64,000 bases of DNA from Schmidtea polychroa (Eukaryota), in the NCBI GenBank assembly GCA_044892525.1, contig CM097885.1:6450001-6514000 (forward strand), in the 5' to 3' direction. Under the pieces are notes generated by a model. The model did no database searches and had not been told where the DNA came from. It saw only the letters and a list, made by a program, of their open reading frames with translations. Position 1 is the stretch's first letter. The number at the start of each line of letters is the position of its first letter. A program made the position numbers and the translations under genes. Shown piece after piece: positions 1 to 15,009 of the stretch.

Positions 1-882
1 ATTGTTGGGAATGTGATGGAGATTTCAAGGAACTCCTAAAGGTGTAAATTTGGTTGCCGCCTTGAGCCCAGCAACATGATAATGATAATGATAATTTGGC
101 TGGCCTTCAAGGGATTCTATCAAATGCATTTTCACCTTCAATTATAAGAAATGCTCAGTTGCAATATTATTATAATAAATTCAAATAAATGATCTGATAG
201 AAATCTAACATGGCTGCCATAATATCTGATCCGCATTGATATAATAGATCAGATAATGACAGCAATTGTGAGATCCCCTGATGATGTGTGTTGCATGCTC
301 ATAATGACAGCTGTTCAATAAATAATTCAATTTCATATCAATATAATGCTAATTTTCATTGATTTTCTCATTTATTGGTGGCGGCAATTCCGATATTATT
401 GATATTTGAGGGAAATTGGTTGAGAAATATAAAATAGCAATTGAAATCTCAATTTGTAAACAAAGCAGCGTAACAATTGAGGGGAAATTAAAATGCAAAA
501 ATTTCACTTATCGGAAAGAAAATAAAAATTAAAAATGTTTCCAAATAGAAAAAAAATATTTTGAATATAAAATGAAAAAGTAAAAATTTCAAAATATTTC
601 AATTCAAAATCACGAGCAACAATAAAATTTGATTCAAAACAACTCAATAAATGGATCTGCACAAAGCTCATTAAATGCTGATCCGATTTGATCCAATCAG
701 CATTAAATGCGGTTACAGCTGATCCACAGCATCAATAATGTTGCAATCAGTTTATAATTGGGCAAATGCATCAATAACTGATCCAGACAAATTGATCCAC
801 CAGCACAAGGCAAATAATAAATCAGATCAAAATCCAAAATAAATCAATTTTTATTGAAATGTTTTTTGTAATTTTCTCGTAA

Positions 883-2339
883 TTATTCAATTCTGCACCT
901 GAGCAGCAATTTATCACTTTTGGCTGCAAATTGATAGATTGATTGATAATCAAAATAATTCCAAATTGGATCATTTCTGTCATTTGACGGTTTCCACCAT
1001 GCGACATGATCAGAGTATTGATCACGGCAATATGACTTGCTCATATAAATGTTGCCATTTGCTGGATCGATCACATCGATTGTCACGGATGGATTGAACA
1101 GCCAATCCAATTGCTCATCATTTGCCCCACGCATCAAACAGAAACCAGTCATAACCCCATCATCCCCAATCATCACCGCCAAGCACATTTTGTAACCGAT
1201 TGGCCCGGAATAAAATGCCTGGCTGTAAATATTTTCATATCTCTTTTGTTGTGATAATTTATCGATTTGCCATTCAAAAAATCCATAATTTATATATTTT
1301 TCATTTGCTATTTTTCTTTTTTTCGACGGAATTTCATTGGCGCATTTTGCCATTTCAAGCTGCAACTGAATCTCAAATTCAAACATTTCAATAAATCAAT
1401 AAATCACCTTTTCATTATCCTTTTGCAGCCGCTGCTCGCATTTCTCTTTAATCTCATCAATTTGCTGCTGACAGTTTGATTCAATCACCTCAATTTGCTG
1501 TCTGACCTGCTTTGCATCAATAACAATTCAATAATAAATCAAATCAATAATCAAACTTGATTGATTGATCCAATATTTGTCTCCATCTCCATTCTCAATG
1601 AGCGATTCTCATTCTTCACTGCCACCATTTCCTCATTCAATTCTTCTATTTCTGCTCTGTTCTCCGCCTCTTTCCTTTCAATATTGCACAATTTCACCTA
1701 CAATCACAAATATCAATTAAATTAATTACAAATAAAATTTACATTGATATTATCAAATTGTTGTTTGAATTGCGTCATTTCTCCTTTCAATTCGATAATT
1801 TCATTACGCAATTTCATATTCTGATCTCTCATTGCTTGCATCTCATTGCATAAATTACTGATCTGATCAATCAATAATTTGCTGTGGCCTTCATTGTTTT
1901 CATTGAGATGGGCTTTCATTTCGTCTTTTACCACCTCATTTATTTCACATCCAATTCTATTGAATGGGCATCTGATTGGCTGCTTGTTGCATGTTCTCAT
2001 GTGGCTCTCCATCATGCACAACTCGGTTTTGAATTCACAATTTTGCATTGGACATTTTACAATAACTTCAGATATTTGTAAATTCACTGAATGATCCACA
2101 GAAACATCTTTAGTGAAAAGAATCGTTAGAACTTCACAATATTTTGCTGCTCCTGGACAGAATTTATCTTTTCCTTCCAAATAATGCTCAATGCAATCAG
2201 AACAAAAGTGACACCCGCAAGGAGCTTGGCAAGCTTTTATCATTAAACATTTGCATATTCTGCACATCAAATCATTGCTGATTTCATTATCAAATTCAAA
2301 TTTATTTCTCTTCATCATTTCCCATATGCTTGAAAACAT
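883..2339 (-). CDS. TRAF-family protein (RING, TRAF zinc finger, coiled coil, MATH domain), about 4 coding exons
   Basis: ORF 1722-2390 has RING (CRIC..CGCHFCSDC..CP) and TRAF-type Zn finger (CPMQNC..H..C..CPFNRIGC). ORF 883-1386 has MATH motifs (FEWQI, YSQAFYSGPIGYKMCL, LMRGANDEQLDW). Two short in-frame coiled-coil exons between 1410 and 1698 are bounded by ~36-47 nt GT-AG introns. Start codon uncertain. Confidence 0.88.
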
Positions 2340-4399
2340 TTTATCTAAAATTAACAAAATTTTCAACATTTTACAATTTTCACAAATCATACTTATTATA
2401 TTAATTATTTCTGATGTTTACAATTTCAATATTTATAATTTGTATTTTAATGTAGATAAACAAACAATTTATAAATATTGTATTTTAGCTTTGAGTGTAA
2501 TTCGAAATTTTATTAATGTTAATTTTCATTGTTTTTTTATTTTAAATCTTACAAAATTATTTAAATTAAAAGTTGATAACATAAAGTAAAATTTTGATGG
2601 AAATTTAAATAACAGAAAATCAAAATTAAAAATAGGTCAAAATATAAAAATTAATATTTTTCATAAAAAATTAAAATTAAAATATATTAATTTAAAGAAT
2701 TTTATCTAAAATTAGAATTTATTTGAACAGATTAGAAAGAAATTCAAAATCATCAGAGCAAAAATAGAAATTTAACAAAAAATCAATATTGTTAATTCAA
2801 ATACTTTTTAACAAAATAAAAAAAAATATTTCATTCAATTTTTAAAGAAAAAGATTTGAATAAAATTTTACTCTGTAACGCTAAGCAGGTTATTAGTGTA
2901 TTCAGGAATTATGGGGTTTTAGCCTTTGATCTAATGATCTCGTTATGGTTATAAATATTGGGAATGATCCACAATTGGGTAAGGATATTTCAATGATCCA
3001 AATATTAGAATAGAGTAAAATAAATAAATCAATAAACTTAATATGTGAAAATGTTAAAAATCGAAATATTTTGTCAGACTCGAATGTTTCAAATCAATAA
3101 TTGTGAAAAGAAATAAATTATTAAAATATTTCAAAGTTTTTCAACATTCATAAATCATAATTATAGATAATAATTATTTCCTCTTACTTTTGAAATTTCA
3201 ATATTTAAATATGTTTTTTATAGATAAACAAATATTTTATAAATATTGGTTTTTTAATGTTAATTTTTCAGTGTTTTTCGAATTTATTTGTAACTTAAAA
3301 TTAATATTTTTTAAAATCTAAGAAAATTATTTCAATCAATATTGTTATTGAAATTTAAATGTTATTGAAAATATTTTTTAATATGAAAATGCAAATTTTT
3401 AAAAAGATTTTGACTACAAAATGGCTACGTCTAGGAGCGGAAGGAAATGAAATGTGCCCAAATGTCATTTATAAGTTAAGTAAACAATCCAACAAACCAT
3501 AATTAATAACCACCAGAATCTAAGCGATCAATTGAAGAAAAACGAGGTTCATTCATGCGCATCCAACAGTAAGGTTATACTGTTATTTATGGATTTTATA
3601 TTTATGTTTGGTAAATCGATATGCAAAATTCTTTAATTTTTACATTTTACTTCTTTGAATTCATAAAATTAATAATTTTCACTTTAGCAGGTCACAGGCA
3701 TTGAGAGAAGTGAAACATTTAGGTTACGAAACGAACTCATATCATGACCAAAAATTCCGAATTTTGTTTTTTAATGATATAAAAATGAAACTAAAATTTA
3801 GTTTTGAATTTCAGAGTGAGTTGAGATAGAATCGTATGACACTATGAAACCCAGGAATTGTTCACTGAGACGCAGAAAATATATGCCAAGAAAGAGTTTA
3901 GACTAGAAGAGAGTGAGTTAGATATTGATCGTGAATATAGACGAATGATATTTTGAGGCAGCGGCGTTAACATCAATCAGGAATGAGTGGCGCAATGAGT
4001 TGCAGTCAGTCAGAAGAACGTGATGTGATGCGATAAATTTCTAGTTACGAAATTAACATTATTGACATTACAAACGAAATTCAATTGTTGTTTAGCTGTT
4101 CTTCATAATATATTATGAATATGTTTTTACTGTACATCCTGTTTTGTGCGTAACGTGAAGTCAATTGTTTATTTGGTAAATGACTGTTATACGGTGTTTT
4201 AAATTAATTAAATTAAAAACTCATTCAAATGTTAAAAAGTGCACGCTTCAAATTGATTTTATAAATGTTCAAGGATTAGTAAACAGTAATAAAACAAAAG
4301 CGCTGCAACCTGTTACTTTTTTCAACGTTGTATTTCCAAATGTATTTCTCTTTAGATTCCTCCTTTTTTCCTAATAAAATACTTCGAAAGTGACCTCAT

Positions 4400-5200
4400 C
4401 CCTCGATATTTGTTTTGTGCACTTTCATATTGTACTGTGAACCTTACTATTACTTTAACGACAAGCGGACTCGCTTTCAGTGATCAGAGAGAAAAGTTGG
4501 GAAATGTGGTTTCTGTGAATTGTGGAAATTTTGTATCAGTCATAGATCATTTGGCGGCATATGACCCAGTGTTGAAAGAACTTATTGAACAACCTGGTAG
4601 GACCAACCAAATATTTAAGCCCAACAGTGCAGAATGAAGTAATAGAGATAATTTTTATTGATTTTGGTTCTGAATGATGCAGTTTCTCAATTACACGAAC
4701 TATCACAATTCTTAAATGTTATTCAATGGATTTATACGTTATACGGATTTATTGGTTCCAGTTTCAAACGTTAGAACATTCTGTCATTGGTTACAACTAA
4801 ATCGAATATCAAACTCAAGGCACTGTGCCTAACAAGATGGTCATACCAGGAAGAGTGCATAGCAGATATATTGAGAGCATTGATAAATATAAATCTGATC
4901 GAGAAAAGAAAAGATATAATTGAATTTGTTTATCTTCTGGTTGTGCTCACAAAAATTTTTCAAAGTGTGAATATTATATCAAAAATTGCTCCAGGCTGAT
5001 AAAATTGACTTAATGAGTGTTTGAACTTTGCTTAAAATTATGTTTGAACTCATGTCAGCATTCAGGAACAAATCGAATGAATACTATATTGCCAAGGAAA
5101 TGGCAGTCTCTCTTGCCCAACAATGGTGTGTAGAGACAAATTTTGGCTTATCGGTTTAGAGGAATGCGGGTTGTGGTAAATAAATTTGACATACTGCCAT
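4400..5200 (+). pseudogene. Degraded hAT transposase (ZMYM1/DUF4371-like)
   Basis: Fragments GLAF..NCGNF..HLAAYDPVLKE and LKALCLTRWS are typical of this hAT group; many stops and frameshifts. Confidence 0.65.
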
Positions 5201-6970
5201 CACAGATGATCATCTATTCACAAAGGCGAAAAGGTTACAACAGTATAAAGGTTAGATCATATTACTGTACCTCAGAAGGAATTCATTCCGGCAACTACAG
5301 CGGCTATAGTGGAATAGAAAATGTTATAAAAACCAAGATTACCCGAACATCCAACAACATCAGAGCAACCACAGGCAAAGAGAAAATGGAAGTCACCAGA
5401 AGATCTACCACCACCTCCAACAATATCGATAGGTGAAGAAGATGAATACAAAACATGCGTGAGTGAAGCAGAAACAGCGAAATCAACCAAACAACCTAAC
5501 AGCGCTGCCTACCAGCCGACGGAAGGGAAAAAAGTTGCGACAGTCAAAGAAAACTAAGAACTAAAAAGATATTAAAACCAAAGTTAAAAAGATATTAAAG
5601 AAAATGTTACCGGCAAAAAGAGATAAATTCAAATTTAAATCTGAAGAGCCATTGAAAGCACCATCCAAAAAGGAGGAAGAAATTAAGATTAGACCAAAGG
5701 AAATATTTAACGAGCCAGACGACGAGATCATGGAAGTTGCCTTCTAAACTCCGGTCAAGGAACTGCAAGAAGTAATTCAGGTGAAGTCGGAACCCGTAGT
5801 CCGCAAAAAATGTTAAAAATCTCCAAGGAAAATATAATAAAGAAACCTGTGTCAGTTGACCTGGATGGATTCGAACCAATGAGGTAGACGATAGAGGTAG
5901 ACTTTGGAAACCCAGAGCCAAAGAGTACGACTGCCTACCTGTCACTACGATGGCTATAAATGGCTATCTAACGTCATATTAACAAGTACCTTAGACAATG
6001 ATAAAACTTAAGCAGTGAGTTTATAGCCAGAAGTTCTAAAGAAGCGGGAAAATAAACTAAAGCGACAATAGGAAATGGTTACAGCACAATGGAATTACGC
6101 CTATGCAAGGTTCTAGAACCAGATTCCAACTATCTGGATGTCTAATCAATGCAAGTTGCCCATCAAAATTGCCATCGGAACAAATATATACTTTATAAAA
6201 TTGATCGTTCTCGTTACGCCGATGTTATATAGTATGATTTAAATATATTTAACGAATTTATGGCATTTTAGTGGTGTAATTGCTATAAATATTGTTTATA
6301 GTAATTTATTTATCCTAGAATTATATGTAAATATTTGTAATATTATTAAAATCTTGTAAACATGATTTGGATTTTAGTATTTCTCGATATGTATAGGTTA
6401 TATAGTATCATTTAATGAATTTCTGAACCTTAGTAGTATAATTGATATATTTTACTTTTATATGGAATTTTTATCTAGGAGTAGGCAGGTGGAAGGGCAA
6501 CGAGTGGAGCGTAAAATCTTATTCATTGTTTTGGTTACAATTTTATATGTTTTCATCAAAAGTCGTAGATATTAATAATCAGCACATCAGCAATCATGAA
6601 TAAGGTGTATCATGGAGTTATAGAATAGGCAAGGCCCTAGTAGAAGCCGAGAATGATACTTAATTGTCAGATCGTCAAATCTTAATAACTACTGCAGACA
6701 TCTAAATACAATAGATAGGATGATCTTCCAAACTGTTCCTTTCCATTAAGCTTCAAAACAATAAGAAATCCTATTGGCAGAATTTATTAACACGTTAGCA
6801 CGACATTTAAAATTAGAAAATGGTTGAAGCTACCAATCCAGTTATCTACAATTTCCCCTTATCAATACTCTTATAATCATGAGGATATATAATGTATATA
6901 TAGTAGTACGAAAATTTTGACAACAAGCATAAGACAAGCGCAATAATAATAACGGTAGCTATGAACACAG

Positions 6971-7110
<140 letters not shown>

Positions 7111-8674
7111 ATTAGAAATTTAAAAATAATGAAAATAATAATTATGCAAGATGAATAACCACTATGAGGATAGTAATAAGTTAGTAAGGATCTTCCTAGT
7201 CACAATAAGTGACCATAAATTTAAGTTAACAACAACAATAATAATAATAAAGTAAAGATATTTTGGTACTAATAATAATGCCCCTTTTGGTAACGATAAA
7301 ATAGATATATTTTAGTAATGATGATAATGGTCAATTTGGTAATAACAACTCTCAGTTCTAGTGAGAACAAAATACATATTTTTGATAACCCATGCGCCAA
7401 CATTAATGTTGAGAGGGCATAAGATAAATCGAGCTTTAAAAATGTTATTGGAAATTGAAAAAAGTTTTACTGAAATATTTGAGCATCAAATACTCGCAAC
7501 AAAACATTTAATCAAAGTAAACCTTGGATTACTAATATGACTTTCAAAATAATAATCAATGTCGTCACCAACATTCAAAATCTAAATTATCAAAGGTAAA
7601 TTCTGCATCAGTCCCTCTAGCCAATGCAGTAGCTGTTGATTTTGATGCAGGCACAAACCTTCATTTGGAGGTTGCCTTTAATAACTTTATATCTTTTCTC
7701 GTTGTCATTTTTTATATCTGCGCGTTTTAATGTTAAAGATGGCAATGATTCCTCATCAATATCAACATTTAAAGCAATCATTATCACCATAGTTCTATTT
7801 CCTAAATGCATCAAGTATCTACACCTTTACAAGAGGTATTACAATTGTCAGTGCAATCTGATTGGATAATAATTCTTTAAAAGTCATCCGATTTCAAGAG
7901 TTCATTTCAATTCTACAGACGTGTCATAGGAACCTGAAAATCATCTCTATTGTTAAGAAGGAATCATTTATTATCTCTAATGATAAAATATAATAATCGC
8001 TTAGCTTTAGCTGTGTAAGTGTCGGCCTCTTCATAGTAATTAATTGTACAAAATTATTTATTCTACTTATTGTATCCTGAGAAATTATGTTTTTAATTTA
8101 TCAATTCTGACATTCAGCATCAGTTTTTCCTGACCACTGATTATAAAATATGAAGTTGTAGGAATTTTTCCAACTAGTTCAGAACACCAAATTTCAAAAT
8201 CATCGATTTTCAAAGAATTGCAAGTTTCCAGGTCAATGATTGAATGAGAAAGTAAAACATTGCGGAAATAGTTGACAACATAATTTTGTAAGTAATATTA
8301 GTAGAATATTTTACAGCACCTTTCAGGTTTAAATAGTATAGATGAGAAATTATTTCAACTGTGTTATTTGGCAAAGCTGGAAGGAATAAGAGCCGATCTA
8401 TTTCCTTATCATCCTGACTCATTTCATAAAGATCAAATAATCCCAGAGTTAACATAATATCTGAAGCGTTTTTTGAACTGGTTCTTCTTTATCAGATTTG
8501 CTATCAATAATAATTTAACCTTCAGTAAAAGTAATTTCTTTTCAAAATTCTGATTTAATTTTAAATAATGAATTAAATTAATCAAATTATATTTAATTTC
8601 AGGAAATTCAATGTAAAATATTTTTAATTTGAGATCTGGTTAAATTTACTGAATCAGCATTTATAACTTCACTT

Positions 8675-8835
8675 TCATAGCAATCAGAACAACCAGAACT
8701 ATCATAATTATCAGAACTATCAGAACAATTAGAAATATCAGACCTATTTGAACTATCAGAGCAATCAGAAATATCCTAACTACCAGAGCTACCAGAAATA
8801 TCAGAGCAATCAGAGCTATCAGAGCTACCAGAAAT
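8675..8835 (-). repeat. Degenerate 9-bp tandem repeat reading Ser-Asp-Ser-like on the minus strand, within a probable decayed ORF
   Basis: Repeated ATCAGAACT/ATCAGAGCT units; interrupted by a stop; no recognisable family. Confidence 0.55.
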
Positions 8836-9409
8836 TGTAAGATCCTCATCATAAAGTCTCCATTGACATTTATCTCCGATTTTACAATAAAGTCCGGTAA
8901 TTGTTTCTGCAGTTTAAGAACTTGAAGTTAATCAGAACAGTTAATGAGATGTCTACTTACCATAAATGCATATTGATCATTTATTTCCGACTTTGGTAGT
9001 CATGGACAGCTATTTTGGAAATGTGATTAGTCGGTGAAAGTCAAAGAACAGGCATCCAGACTGTCCCACCACATATTTTTACTGGAGACGCTGTCGGGCA
9101 TTAAAGATTTGTCTTCTACATCAAGTCAGAAAATAGTTACAAAGAACTAATAAATAATTAATAATAATAAAATCGCGACATTTATGATCCCATACATCAA
9201 GTCACAAAATAATTATAAAGAACTAATAAATAACCACTAATAATAAGTACACAACAGAAGGTAAGGTAGTGCAATCATTATGATCAGATGAGATGGAGGT
9301 GGAGTTGGATTCAGAATAGGTATTATTTCTAGAAGGTATGAATTGTTGAGCTACAACATCATTGAGTAAAGGATCCTCAGGTATTTCAGTAGTAGACAAT
9401 AGACTAGAT

Positions 9410-10637
9410 CAGCGTTTCCCAAAGTGTGTTCCACGGAACCCTGGGGTTCCGTGGACTGATAGCAGGGGTTCCGCGAACATTTTGTAAATAAATATATAAT
9501 TTATAAAAGAAAACATTTATCAATAAAGATAAATAAATAATTCTCGATTTTATTCGATCCAATTTAAAATTCTTTTTCAAATCTTTTTCAAAGGGAAACT
9601 ACAGTTTTTGTAATTATATTGTTTTAAAATACGCATTAAAAATACGAATTTAAAATTTGTTTTAAAAAAATTTAATAATAAAAAGGTAAGTTATTTTTTC
9701 ATTTTTTGAAAATATTCGTATGAGTAATTTTTTATCATCGATAAATTTTGTGAATAGTTAACCCAAATTTTTGTGATGATGGAACATTGTTTAAAACAAG
9801 AGACTTTAAAAAATAAAAACACCTACTGCTGACAACAATACTGCTGAAGATATTTCTGAAGAACCGAAGCCTAACACTTCTACAAAAAGTGATCATTCTC
9901 TATTAAAAATACCAACAAATGAGTCAATCTTGTGTATAAAAAACGAAAAAAGGGTTCGTCGTTTTGCTTGTTTTTGTACATTATAATTTTGGCAAGTCAA
10001 TAGAAGAAGATTTACTTTTATGCAATTTTTTAGAAACAACTTTAAACAGCATTCAAAATTTTATGAAAACACATGATAATAATTGGCTTAAGTGTATTGA
10101 TGTTTGTAGTGATGGTGCAAAATCAAGGGTTGGGAAAACTGCGGGCGTTATATCGAGAATTAAAAATATTGTACCAACTTGTAGCAGCAGTCATTGTGTC
10201 CTTATTACGCACGCTCTTGTATGTAAGAAAATTTCTATTGACTTGAAAACTGTTTTGAATGAATTGTTATTTTATTAAGGCGCCACTGCAGTCGAGGCTC
10301 TTCAAAATTATTTGTGAAGACATGGGAAATCAACACACCGCTCTTCTTTGACAATCAGAAGTAAGGTGGTTGTCGCGAGGCAAAGTTTTATTCCGAGTTT
10401 TTGAATTATGGCGAAAGCTTGCTATGTTTTTTATCCGGAGCGGGACATTTCAGTCCAACCGTTTCAATCCTGGTCAAATCAGTCCCATCTTAATCAGTCC
10501 CGTCTGCTTCAGTCTCAACCAATTTACCTCATATTATTATTCCCAATGTTAAAATTCTAAGATTTTTGTAAAAAGGGTTCCGTCAAAAATTTGAAATCTA
10601 AAAGGGTCCCGCGGTGAAAAAACTTTGGAAAACGATG
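9410..10637 (+). mobile_element. Internally deleted hAT element (Buster/Charlie type)
   Basis: TIRs CAGCGTTTCCCAAA / TTTGGAAAACGATG, perfect 8-bp TSD GACTAGAT (9402-9409 and 10638-10645), transposase remnant (CSDGAKS..G, SHCVLITHAL, EVRWLSRGKVL). Confidence 0.92.
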
Positions 10638-11307
10638 GACTAGATGAATTTATTATGCAGTTTTTAAATTTATAATTAGAAGATATAAGAAGACAATCGA
10701 AGCCACAAATATCAAAATCCCACTCAAGTGCTGCTGGTGTTGTCATAGAAACCAAGGCCATGTTTCCAACCAACAAATAAATCATTCTTGTTTTAATTTT
10801 GTTGTTTGATAATAAATTGATTTTTTTGTATTTCTGGCTTTAAATTCTAATCACCGTGGTAACTGGCATTTATTGGATAATTAACTATATACATTTATTA
10901 TTAAGCATTTACCTATAGTTACGGTGTTAACATGATTTGTGATCCCCTTTTGTGGTCATCTTTCGTCATGCCGTTCTCATTTGTGACGTTCTGTTTGATG
11001 TTGCACAACCTAATGTAATAAGTTACCTTGCTACACCCGTTTGCGAAATACAACATAGCCTATAATCTAAAAAAATCAATAAATATATACACCAACCGCC
11101 AATTGATTATCATTGATTATTACATATTTAATAATATAAATATTAACTTACTTATAATAAATGTATGTGTGTCATAGCCAGAAGGGACATTCAATTAGCT
11201 AGGTGACATTAAATTAGCTATTACACTATAGAAAGATAGAAAAAATCGCTGTTGGAAGAAAAATAAATACATACAAACACGGTTCTATAATAAAAAATAC
11301 ACGCTAT

Positions 11308-11990
11308 AGGACATTGATTTATCATGCGGACATTCAATTAGCTAAATATTTTCCATTTAAAATTAATTAATTATAAAATAATATACAAGAATATGTCAGA
11401 AACTTCATCAGAATCGACTATTTCATTTCAAGAAATTCATAGATGAATGCTCTTCAATAGATGGACGAACAAGAGCTTCGGTAGATCACGAGTAGACAAT
11501 AGAATTTATAACAATATACCAACAAATCGAGGTCTTAATTTTCAAAGATGAGCTAATCCATTTACAATAATATATCTTCATTGACTATTAAAATAGAAAA
11601 GTTGCCATATAATCCATTTTTGATCCCCATCGAAAGTGTTAAATTAAAAATGGGGTAAAGACTAAAGTTTCTTCAGTTGATGGATGTTCCGGACAGATTT
11701 ACCTTCAATGAATGATTTACTGCAATATCCCAAGCAGTTAACGAGGAACTTCGAAAACCAGATCATAATAATATCAAAAATCATATTAATAATCATATTA
11801 AAGATTCTTACCTGAATACTTGATATTTTAGGTAAACTATGAAAAATTTAATATATATTATAATAAATAAATAAATATCTTACTTCTTTATTCATTATTT
11901 TAAAAAAAATCTTATAATTAACTAAAATCCAAAACAAAGCTTGTTTGATATAGCTAAATGAATGTCTCATTTATGATAATCAAATGCACT
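11308..11990 (+). mobile_element. IS630/Tc1-mariner-like non-autonomous remnant
   Basis: Imperfect inverted ends around GACATTCAATTAGCTA / TAGCTAAATGAATGTC and an LPYNPFLIPIE motif near 11603, resembling LPPYSPxLNPIE. Confidence 0.5.
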
Positions 11991-12635
11991 TTGGTGTATT
12001 ATAGGAACACACAAACTTACCTGTGTGTAAAAATTTAATGCTGCGAAATTTAACATATTTATTATAGGAATCTAAAAAGTGAGAGAAAATAATTAAGCAT
12101 ACAAACACAGCACACATAATGAAAAATACATACAAAATTAAGTAAAGTGTTTTTTTCTGCGAAATTAACATTGATTAACATATAATTAATATTTTCAAAT
12201 TATTTAAAAAGTTATGCACAAAAACTTTTAAATCAGATTCTGACTGCTCTACCTTGAACTTTAGAGAAAAAGAAGAAAATACATCATAAGATTTAATTAT
12301 AAAATAATTTAGAATATAAAATTTCTTTAGATTTACAGATATTGAAGAATGTCCTTCGACATCTTTGAATTTGCAGGAAAAAAATCGCAAATCGTAAATT
12401 TTAATAAATTATTTTAACAAATTAATATTTTCATATAATTACAGAAAAAGACAAAATTCGAAAGAAGATTACAAAAACTTAAAAAACTATTTTATCCATT
12501 CTTTCATAAATGTCCTAAAAAATAAATGTTTGGTGATTACTTTATTTATTTATAATTATAAAAATATCTAATTTACATTTTTACGAAATAAATCCAAATA
12601 AAATATCATAAAATTCGTAAAAAATTTTTCATTAA

Positions 12636-12868
12636 CCCTTTCGCCCCTATTGGGACAATACGTCCCAGAAACTTTCATCATGATCCTACTGGGATATTTT
12701 CAAAGCAATTTGCGGTGTTAAAGTTTATTTATTATCCCAGGACTTTCTAGGATATTCAGAAGCGCCACGATTACAAAAATGAGAATATTTCATATTTAGG
12801 TCAATATTAACAAGTTCCAATATATAAATTTAGCATAGTGTCATTAGCGGAAAGTCGGTGCGAAAGGG
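12636..12868. mobile_element. piggyBac-type MITE
   Basis: TTAA|CCCTTTCGC ... GCGAAAGGG|TTAA, i.e. TIRs with a TTAA target duplication. Confidence 0.85.
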
Positions 12869-14334
12869 TTAAAAAAAGTTTTTTCATGAATTTTTTTCAT
12901 TATATATCTTTTCTCGAAATCCAGAATTTGTTTTCTTTTTTATATATTTTAAATTAATGTAATTTACGTCATCACGACGCTGAGATAGGTTCAAGAAAGA
13001 TGATTCAATAACTTCACTCAACCTTTGCCGATAGAGACGGTATATAATACGTGCATTTTGTTGCGAGAAAATCTAGCATAACCATGACTAATAACAAAAC
13101 GTCTCGCAAAGTAACGTCGAATATTGTTATTTGTAAATAATAAATGCTTATTTAGCTCGTGCCTGTAATTGGGTCAGCGCTGTAAAAATATCAAAGTTTT
13201 ATTATTAATTACACTGACCAATTACGGCATAAGTGGGGAAATTTCTCGACCCTTCATTCTCTGAGGCTTTTATCTGTCATTCCTTTGGTTAATGGGCTTG
13301 GAGCGCTCGCAATAAACATGGTTTCTTTGCTTCTCTCGACTTTCGCTCAGTGTCTCTGACTGTAGCTTGTTGTATAGTATTCATGCATTGTATAAATATG
13401 GTAATGCCTTGTTATACTACTAAATAAATATAAATATGTTCATAGATCCTTTGAGCCTGAGCTTTGTTGTCGGGCTTATGCTTAGTAAGTTCATTTACAG
13501 TTGTCTAAGTTTGATTAAAATTGATCAATAATAGATTCAGTATTAGTGTTTTGGAGGAAGTCCAGTAAGGATAAGGGGATTTTGATTGTAGTGGTAAGAT
13601 AGAAGTAGAGTTATGAAGTGATGTTAGGATGGTTTTAGTAAGGATGGTGGAGGAGATTGATTTCAGAGAATAGGTAGTATATAAAAACTAGAAGTTCAAA
13701 CAAGAGTAATGTGGGTTTAAGTGTACTATTGGTATTATACTGCTGATAGGCAATTTTGAAACATAAAAAACCTAGTAAAAAAAGACAAACAAAGCAGCAT
13801 AAAGTGCCCTAGAAGTAGTCTAATGTAAAAATGAGAAGGTCTCTTTCTCTCAAAATATTTTTGTCAAGTGGATGTGGCACAAACTCCGTTTGCACATCAA
13901 CTTCGGTAAAAGATAACGCTAGCATAATTAGCATGCACTAAAGAAAATCCCCAATGAACACATCGGTGTGCCACAATGACCAGTGTAGATAGGCACTCAC
14001 CTAAACTGGCTAGTATTTAAGTCAAAGCATTCTTCTCTTTCGCATTTGATAATAAATCGAAATGTCTGAACCAAGAAATTTACGAAATAACGAACTTGGC
14101 CTTTCGTCAGAAGATTTTGAAAGAGGTAAGAGATGTGGATATATTTGATGTTTAAATTAATTTTAACTTTAAATTTTTATGTACGAGAGTTAACAACAGT
14201 GGTATGATCGAAGCCAAAGGAAAACCAATGAGTGAGTTTTTTTCGATAAAATGTGATAAATTCATGTCATTGAAATTATTAGACCTGGAGTGGAGAACTT
14301 GTGGCCTTTAGGCCGCATGCGGCCTACGGAGCTT

Positions 14335-15005
14335 TATCGAAAAATTATTAATTAATAATAGTCCGGCTGAAATCGGCAAGTGTAGCTGAAAATATTTATC
14401 GCCCTTAGGCAAAACAGCCTCAAAATCAGCATATACAACAAACGGAGGAGTCACAATCTTAGACCAGTCTTTAAATATCAAGTTCTTATCGGAAGGTAAA
14501 CTATACAAAGTTGTATCTAGTTGGTTTTTCTCACCTAATGCCTGATGTTTCTTAAAAGCTTCAACCATTCTGAATCCATTCAAGCATCGTTCACACCAAA
14601 TACTCTGAATTCTAATATTTGAAACAGTATTACAATTTAATAGCCTGTCAAGATTAGTAACCGATATGTAATGAAAAGAGTCACTTTCTCCAACAATATT
14701 AAATTAATAGGAATTCTACCTACAACTTTAGACCTATGTATGACATCTACAAAAGGATGTTTCAATACTTCCTTATCATTAACCTTTATTAAGTCAAATT
14801 CATCATACGAAAGAACATTATTCGCATATCCAGGATTTTTAGCCTCAAATTTTGGGATATTGCACAATTTCATTGGCAAATCAGTAGAATCAAAGACAAG
14901 ACCTGATGGATTATAACTAGATGCAAAAATTGGCAAAATTACAAGAATTTGCTCTAGACGATACAGTGGTAGTTTAGTGTCTAAACATAAAACAAAACGC
15001 AACTA
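14335..15005 (-). pseudogene. pPolB fragment from a diverged relative of element A
   Basis: Translations (PMKLCNIPKFEAKNPGY; KHPFVDVIHRSK; TPPFVVYADFEAVLPK..HLPISAGLL) align by eye with the 35378-39286 protein; frameshifted and truncated. Confidence 0.9.
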
Positions 15006-15009
15006 GAAA

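Noticed and set aside
5200..6200. Purine-rich coding-like stretch; also 7600-9130, 13100-14060, 32560-33110 and 40910-41640
   Set aside because: Probably decayed elements or genes, but I could not recognise any diagnostic motif or boundary.
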